A stretch of 64,000 bases of DNA from Myxococcota bacterium (GTDB taxonomy: Bacteria; Myxococcota_A; SURF-8; G963663525), in the NCBI GenBank assembly GCA_963676915.2, contig CAXXVK010000062.1, forward strand, positions 1 to 64,000. Reading direction: 5' to 3'. The translations under genes were made by a program, and so were the position numbers. This document shows positions 59,694 through 64,000 of the stretch, piece by piece; position 1 is the stretch's first letter, and the number at the start of each line of letters is the position of its first letter. The notes under the pieces are model-generated. The model was not told where the DNA came from. It made no database searches and saw nothing but the letters and a program-made list of their open reading frames with translations.

Positions 59694-62600
59694 AACTGCT
59701 TGAACTGGTTTTGGAAGCTTTTGGACCCTTTACCGACGTTACGTTGGATTTCAGCGGTGGATCAGAAGGATTCCACTTGATTTACGGAAACAACGAGGCC
59801 GGAAAAAGCTCGGCGCTGGCGGCGTTGGAATCCCTGTTTTTCTCCATGGAAAAACCGGACCGCTTCACTTTCGTTCATTCCAAAAAGCAGCAATTGCGTA
59901 TCGGTGCCACGTTGCAACGTTCGGATGGAAGCTTATGGCAGGTCGTCCGTCGTCACGGCAAGAAAAACTCTTTACTCGATGCCGAAGGTCACCCGCTACC
60001 CCCGGAAAGTTTTATGGATTTTTTCGGTTCGATGGATCGCCACATGTTTCGTCGGCAACTCTGTCTCGATCATGAAACATTACGAGAAGGTGGCGAGCAA
60101 CTTCGTTTGCTGAAAGGGGAAACGGGGAAAGCCCTGCTTTCCGCAGCATTGAGCGGAAAAGGAATCCACGATATCCTCGCTGAGTTGGATGCTGAAGCCG
60201 ACCGACATTTCAGGCCCCGTGGTCAAAAACAGCTTGTCAATCAATCCGTTGCCGAATTCAAGAAAATCAAAACCGAGGAGAAAAAACGTCGGGTTTCGGC
60301 GCACCAATGGAAAAAACTCCACAAACAACTCGAACGACTGTCAAAACAGCGAGAAGACCTCGACCAGCGTCTTTCGGAGCGATCACGGGAAAAAGAACGG
60401 CTCGCGAGAATCGAACAGTCCATTCCCACGGTGGCACGTTGGCAACGAGCGAAAGAAAAACTTGCGGAACAGGGAACGCTACCCGCTCTTCCCGAAGAAT
60501 TCAGCCGGGAATTGCCGCTGTTGTTTCAAAAACGCTCGGTTACGACAGCCAATCTTAAACGCAGCGAAGACCGAATCGACGAGGTGCGTAAATCCATAGA
60601 ATCCATGGATATTCCACAGGAATACTTTGACGAGGAAACACGGATCGCCCACTTGTCCCGTCAGATCGGCGTGTATCTGAAAGCTTCGGACGACAGAGAA
60701 AAACTGCGAGCCAAAGCCGATATATTGAAGCAAGATATCGAACGGCGACACAACAAGCTGTTTCCCAATCTTTCAGAAAGTGAAACCGGAAGACTTTCTC
60801 TGACCTCCGTTCAAAGAAAACAGCTTCGTTCGCTGGGGCAGCGCATCGAGAACCTGTCCGAAAGAGAAAAACTGGCCAAGCAAAGTATTGAAAAGCTGGA
60901 AGCTAAAAACACGCGCTTGAAAGGCAAGCTCGCGGATATCGGGGAGATTCCGGAAACACGAGAGCTGGAAAATCTCCTGAAAGAAACTCGCAAGAAAGGG
61001 GACCTGGACGCCGAAATCGTAAAATTTTCGAGCGAGTTGGAACAAGAAACCAAACAGGTTCTACAAGAGGCCAGACGTTTGGGGATATCGACGGAAACTC
61101 TTGAAAACATTCTGGATTGTCCTGTGCCTTCCGGGGATCGGATAAAGCATTACAACGATGAGTACGACGAGCTTTCAGTGGCGATCAAGCAGAATCTCGA
61201 CGAAACAAGCAAACAACGCTCGACCCTGGAAAATCTTGAAAAAGAAATCGACGCTTTATGTCTGGAGCGTGAAGTACCCAGCGAATCGATGCTAGGAGAA
61301 CTTCGGCAAGAACGCGACATCGTTTGGGACAAGTTTATGGAATTGTTGAGGATTTCAACAAAATCCGATATCCCTGTGCAAGAGTTGCGCGATTGGTCGG
61401 AACGCTTCGAGCCATTGATGAGGCAAGCCGATGACCTAGCCGACCGACTGCGACGCGAAGCCGAGCGCGTCGCCCAGGTGGCCCGCTTGCAGGCGGAAAA
61501 GGCAATGACCGAGAAAGCTCTCCAACGCCTTGAAATTCAAAGGGAAACCTTAGAAGGACAGCGAGTCGATTTTTTTCAAAACTGGGAAAAACTGTGGGAA
61601 CCCAGCGGTATCGATCCTTCAACACCGCCCGATCGGGTGCTCTGGACTGCGCAATATCGGGAGTTGGTACGGGAAACGCAAGAAGCAACGAAAAAACAAC
61701 AACAATTGCAACAACTTCTGGAATCTCGCGCCCAGGCGATTGTTTCGTTGCAAACACATCTGGAAAAAATAGAGAAAACACCGAAAAACAACGACGAACG
61801 GCTGGAATTCTGGCTGTTGTCGGGTGATGCGGCGGTAAGTCGGAGTAAATCCCAACGTCAACAACAAGAACGCTTACAGGAAGATTTGGACACTTTACAG
61901 GAGGAATGGGACGACGCGACGAGACAACACGAAACCATTGATAAGGACTTGAAAAAACTGTGGAAAACGTGGCGGAAAGAGATGGCTTCTCTCGATCCTG
62001 AAGGAAAGATCGAGGTCGAGCAAGGGTTGTCGATGATCGGCGATCTCGAAGAACTCGAAACGCAAACCGAGAAACTCGACGACCTTAAACGCCGTATTCA
62101 CCATATCGAAGAGGACGAAAAAGACTTACAAGCCACCGTAACCGAAGTGTGTGGTTCGCTGGCACCCGAATTGTTGTCCGTTCCATTGGAACAAGCCGTG
62201 GACAGGCTTGCTGCGACGTTAAAAAGGGCAGGGGAGGATCGGGAACGCCTGGCAACCTTGCAAAAACGTGAACGGGAATTATTGGGAGATCGGGAGAAAG
62301 ACCACGAAGAACTCGTGCATGTTCAGGCGAAGATCGACAACTATTGCGACCTTGCGAATTGCGAAGAAGACCGCTTGCTGGAAATCGATGAAAAACTCCG
62401 TGCCTACAAGGAAGCTACAGAGTCGGTAGATCGCTGCGAAGAGCAATTACTGCGTTTTGGGTGGCAGACCCGCCTTGACGACGTTATCGAAGAGGTTCGT
62501 CAAAACGACCTGGATGCCTGTCGGGTTGCTATTTCTGAAATTTCCAATGATATTGAAGAGATGGAAAAAGAACGAAGCGAATTGCTCGTACAGATCGGAG

Positions 62601-63184
62601 ACGATGGACGCCGCCTGAAAATCATGGAAGAAGACTCGGGCGCTACGGACTGGAGCCTGGAAGGAGAAGCCGTTCTGGCTTCCGTGCGCCGCTATTCGGA
62701 AAACTACCTACGCTATAAATTAGCTCGCACGATCCTGGAAAGGGGTATCGAGCGTTTTCGAAAACAGAACCAGAGTCCGATATTGAAAAGGGCAGGGGGG
62801 TTATTTAAAACCTTTACCTGTGGTTCTTTCGAGGATGTGCGTTCCGAGTATTATTCCACCGATGAACCCGAGTTGATCGGCGTGCGAAACGGCGGGGAAA
62901 AAGTGTCTGTCGAAGGCATGAGCCAGGGAACGAGAGATCAACTTTACCTGGCACTGCGACTGGCTCACCTTGAAGATAATTTGGACGGACGAGAAGTCTT
63001 GCCATTGATTGTGGACGATATTATGATCAACTTCGACGACGAACGAGCTTCGGCAACGTTGAAGGAGTTGGGGCGCTTATCGGACCATACTCAAATTCTC
63101 TTTTTCACTCATCATCAACGATTGGTGGATATTGCAGAAAAATTCATCGATTCCGAACGATTGTTTTTATCAACTCTTAACTAA
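59690..63184 (+). CDS. yhaN: YhaN-like AAA/SMC-type ATPase (Rad50/SbcC-like)
   Basis: Walker A YGNNEAGKS, long coiled coil, MSQGTRDQLYLALRLA, Walker B LIVDDIMINFDDER, FFTHH. Confidence 0.88.
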   Translation: MKLLELVLEAFGPFTDVTLDFSGGSEGFHLIYGNNEAGKSSALAALESLFFSMEKPDRFTFVHSKKQQLRIGATLQRSDGSLWQVVRRHGKKNSLLDAEGHPLPPESFMDFFGSMDRHMFRRQLCLDHETLREGGEQLRLLKGETGKALLSAALSGKGIHDILAELDAEADRHFRPRGQKQLVNQSVAEFKKIKTEEKKRRVSAHQWKKLHKQLERLSKQREDLDQRLSERSREKERLARIEQSIPTVARWQRAKEKLAEQGTLPALPEEFSRELPLLFQKRSVTTANLKRSEDRIDEVRKSIESMDIPQEYFDEETRIAHLSRQIGVYLKASDDREKLRAKADILKQDIERRHNKLFPNLSESETGRLSLTSVQRKQLRSLGQRIENLSEREKLAKQSIEKLEAKNTRLKGKLADIGEIPETRELENLLKETRKKGDLDAEIVKFSSELEQETKQVLQEARRLGISTETLENILDCPVPSGDRIKHYNDEYDELSVAIKQNLDETSKQRSTLENLEKEIDALCLEREVPSESMLGELRQERDIVWDKFMELLRISTKSDIPVQELRDWSERFEPLMRQADDLADRLRREAERVAQVARLQAEKAMTEKALQRLEIQRETLEGQRVDFFQNWEKLWEPSGIDPSTPPDRVLWTAQYRELVRETQEATKKQQQLQQLLESRAQAIVSLQTHLEKIEKTPKNNDERLEFWLLSGDAAVSRSKSQRQQQERLQEDLDTLQEEWDDATRQHETIDKDLKKLWKTWRKEMASLDPEGKIEVEQGLSMIGDLEELETQTEKLDDLKRRIHHIEEDEKDLQATVTEVCGSLAPELLSVPLEQAVDRLAATLKRAGEDRERLATLQKRERELLGDREKDHEELVHVQAKIDNYCDLANCEEDRLLEIDEKLRAYKEATESVDRCEEQLLRFGWQTRLDDVIEEVRQNDLDACRVAISEISNDIEEMEKERSELLVQIGDDGRRLKIMEEDSGATDWSLEGEAVLASVRRYSENYLRYKLARTILERGIERFRKQNQSPILKRAGGLFKTFTCGSFEDVRSEYYSTDEPELIGVRNGGEKVSVEGMSQGTRDQLYLALRLAHLEDNLDGREVLPLIVDDIMINFDDERASATLKELGRLSDHTQILFFTHHQRLVDIAEKFIDSERLFLSTLN

Positions 63185-63260
63185 AATTTAGGGTTTTCTA
63201 CGTCTAAACGTGTAGAATCCTTGTGGGTTAATGTTGGGTTGGCTATCGGAGAAAATAGGC

Positions 63261-64000
63261 ATGTCGAAACCTTCTATTTTGAAAACCGTTTTTCTTCTCA
63301 TGTTTTGCCTGGTTTTTGTGGCATTTGGCTGCGATGACGGTCCTGGGGCAATTATTACTGGGGATACCGATCGCGATTCGAATATCCCCGTTGCAGATGA
63401 GGACGAAGACCGCATTGTCACGGAGCGAGACAACCAGTGGGAAGAAGATGACGACACGGATAGTGCCGATGAGGACATGGAAGATGACGTTCTCGAAGGT
63501 GAAGAAGATACCGTAGAAGTCGATGAGCAGGACAATCTCTCGAACTTCCGTTGCCTTCAGATGGACGACACCATCGATTTCGGTGCGGTTTATACCGAAA
63601 AGGAAATGACCGTTACACTTATTAGTGCTTGTGAAGAATCCGTTACTATCGGCAGTCTGCTGATTCGTACCGGTACAGGACTCAGCACGGATTTTGAAAT
63701 CGTTTCTCCCAAACCTTTCCCCGAAGAAGGAATCACCATCGAGCCGCAGTCTTTTCAGGATGTGATCCTGAAATACACCTCGCGTTCCTGTAAAGAAAAC
63801 CACGGCGTGTTACAAATTGATTCCAATGCCACCAATGTAGCCAACGGCGTATATCAAATCGATCTTTACAACAGTTTCAAAGGGGAAACCTCCGCCAGCA
63901 TGGTGGTTCAGGGGGAAACGGAACATCCTCTGATTATGGACTTCGGCGATGTGGCCGTGAGTGATTCCAACCCGAAAGTGATGTTCTTTGAACTCAGCGC
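63261..64000 (+). CDS. Lipoprotein with ASH/choice-of-anchor-D Ig-like domains, 3'-partial
   Basis: MSKPSILKTVFLLMFCLVFVAFGC lipobox, acidic linker, IDFGAV and MDFGDV modules; open to the window end, so absent from the ORF track. Confidence 0.75.
   Translation, partial: MSKPSILKTVFLLMFCLVFVAFGCDDGPGAIITGDTDRDSNIPVADEDEDRIVTERDNQWEEDDDTDSADEDMEDDVLEGEEDTVEVDEQDNLSNFRCLQMDDTIDFGAVYTEKEMTVTLISACEESVTIGSLLIRTGTGLSTDFEIVSPKPFPEEGITIEPQSFQDVILKYTSRSCKENHGVLQIDSNATNVANGVYQIDLYNSFKGETSASMVVQGETEHPLIMDFGDVAVSDSNPKVMFFELS

Noticed and set aside
58427-63184. Nuclease plus SMC-like ATPase as an anti-phage system (Wadjet/Lamassu)
   Set aside because: Motifs match the widespread YhaO/YhaN pair; no jet or lmu partner genes

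Overview
Chromosomal window from a diderm bacterium, probably Myxococcota/Deltaproteobacteria-like (inferred from the FrzS/AglZ-type protein, Cys-rich giant lipoproteins and ECF-caspase locus). Housekeeping genes (hutH, yhbY, lgt, rmuC, glnS, recX, kdsC, lptA, lpxL-like, GT9/GT4, tatT-dctP, yhaON) are interleaved with four very large modular surface lipoproteins. The most notable locus is 17410-36170. It encodes an ECF sigma factor, a membrane anti-sigma-like protein, an exported caspase-like (C14) protease and a ~14.7 kb multi-lectin/adhesin gene. The same ECF-type promoter (ACAACCCA-N15-CGTATA) lies in front of both the sigma gene and the giant gene, and x-K-G motifs recur in the protease and the anti-sigma, suggesting a proteolytic trans-envelope signalling system. 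Other notable elements are a 201-bp MITE with a 9-bp target duplication carrying a REP doublet, a second REP doublet, an operon of four tiny disulfide lipoproteins, a GlnRS fused to a Trbp111-like domain, and a 2100-aa coiled-coil protein with 126- and 213-bp tandem repeats. Many genes carry single-base frameshifts in patches, most likely long-read consensus errors. No rRNA, tRNA, CRISPR array, transposase or reverse transcriptase was seen.
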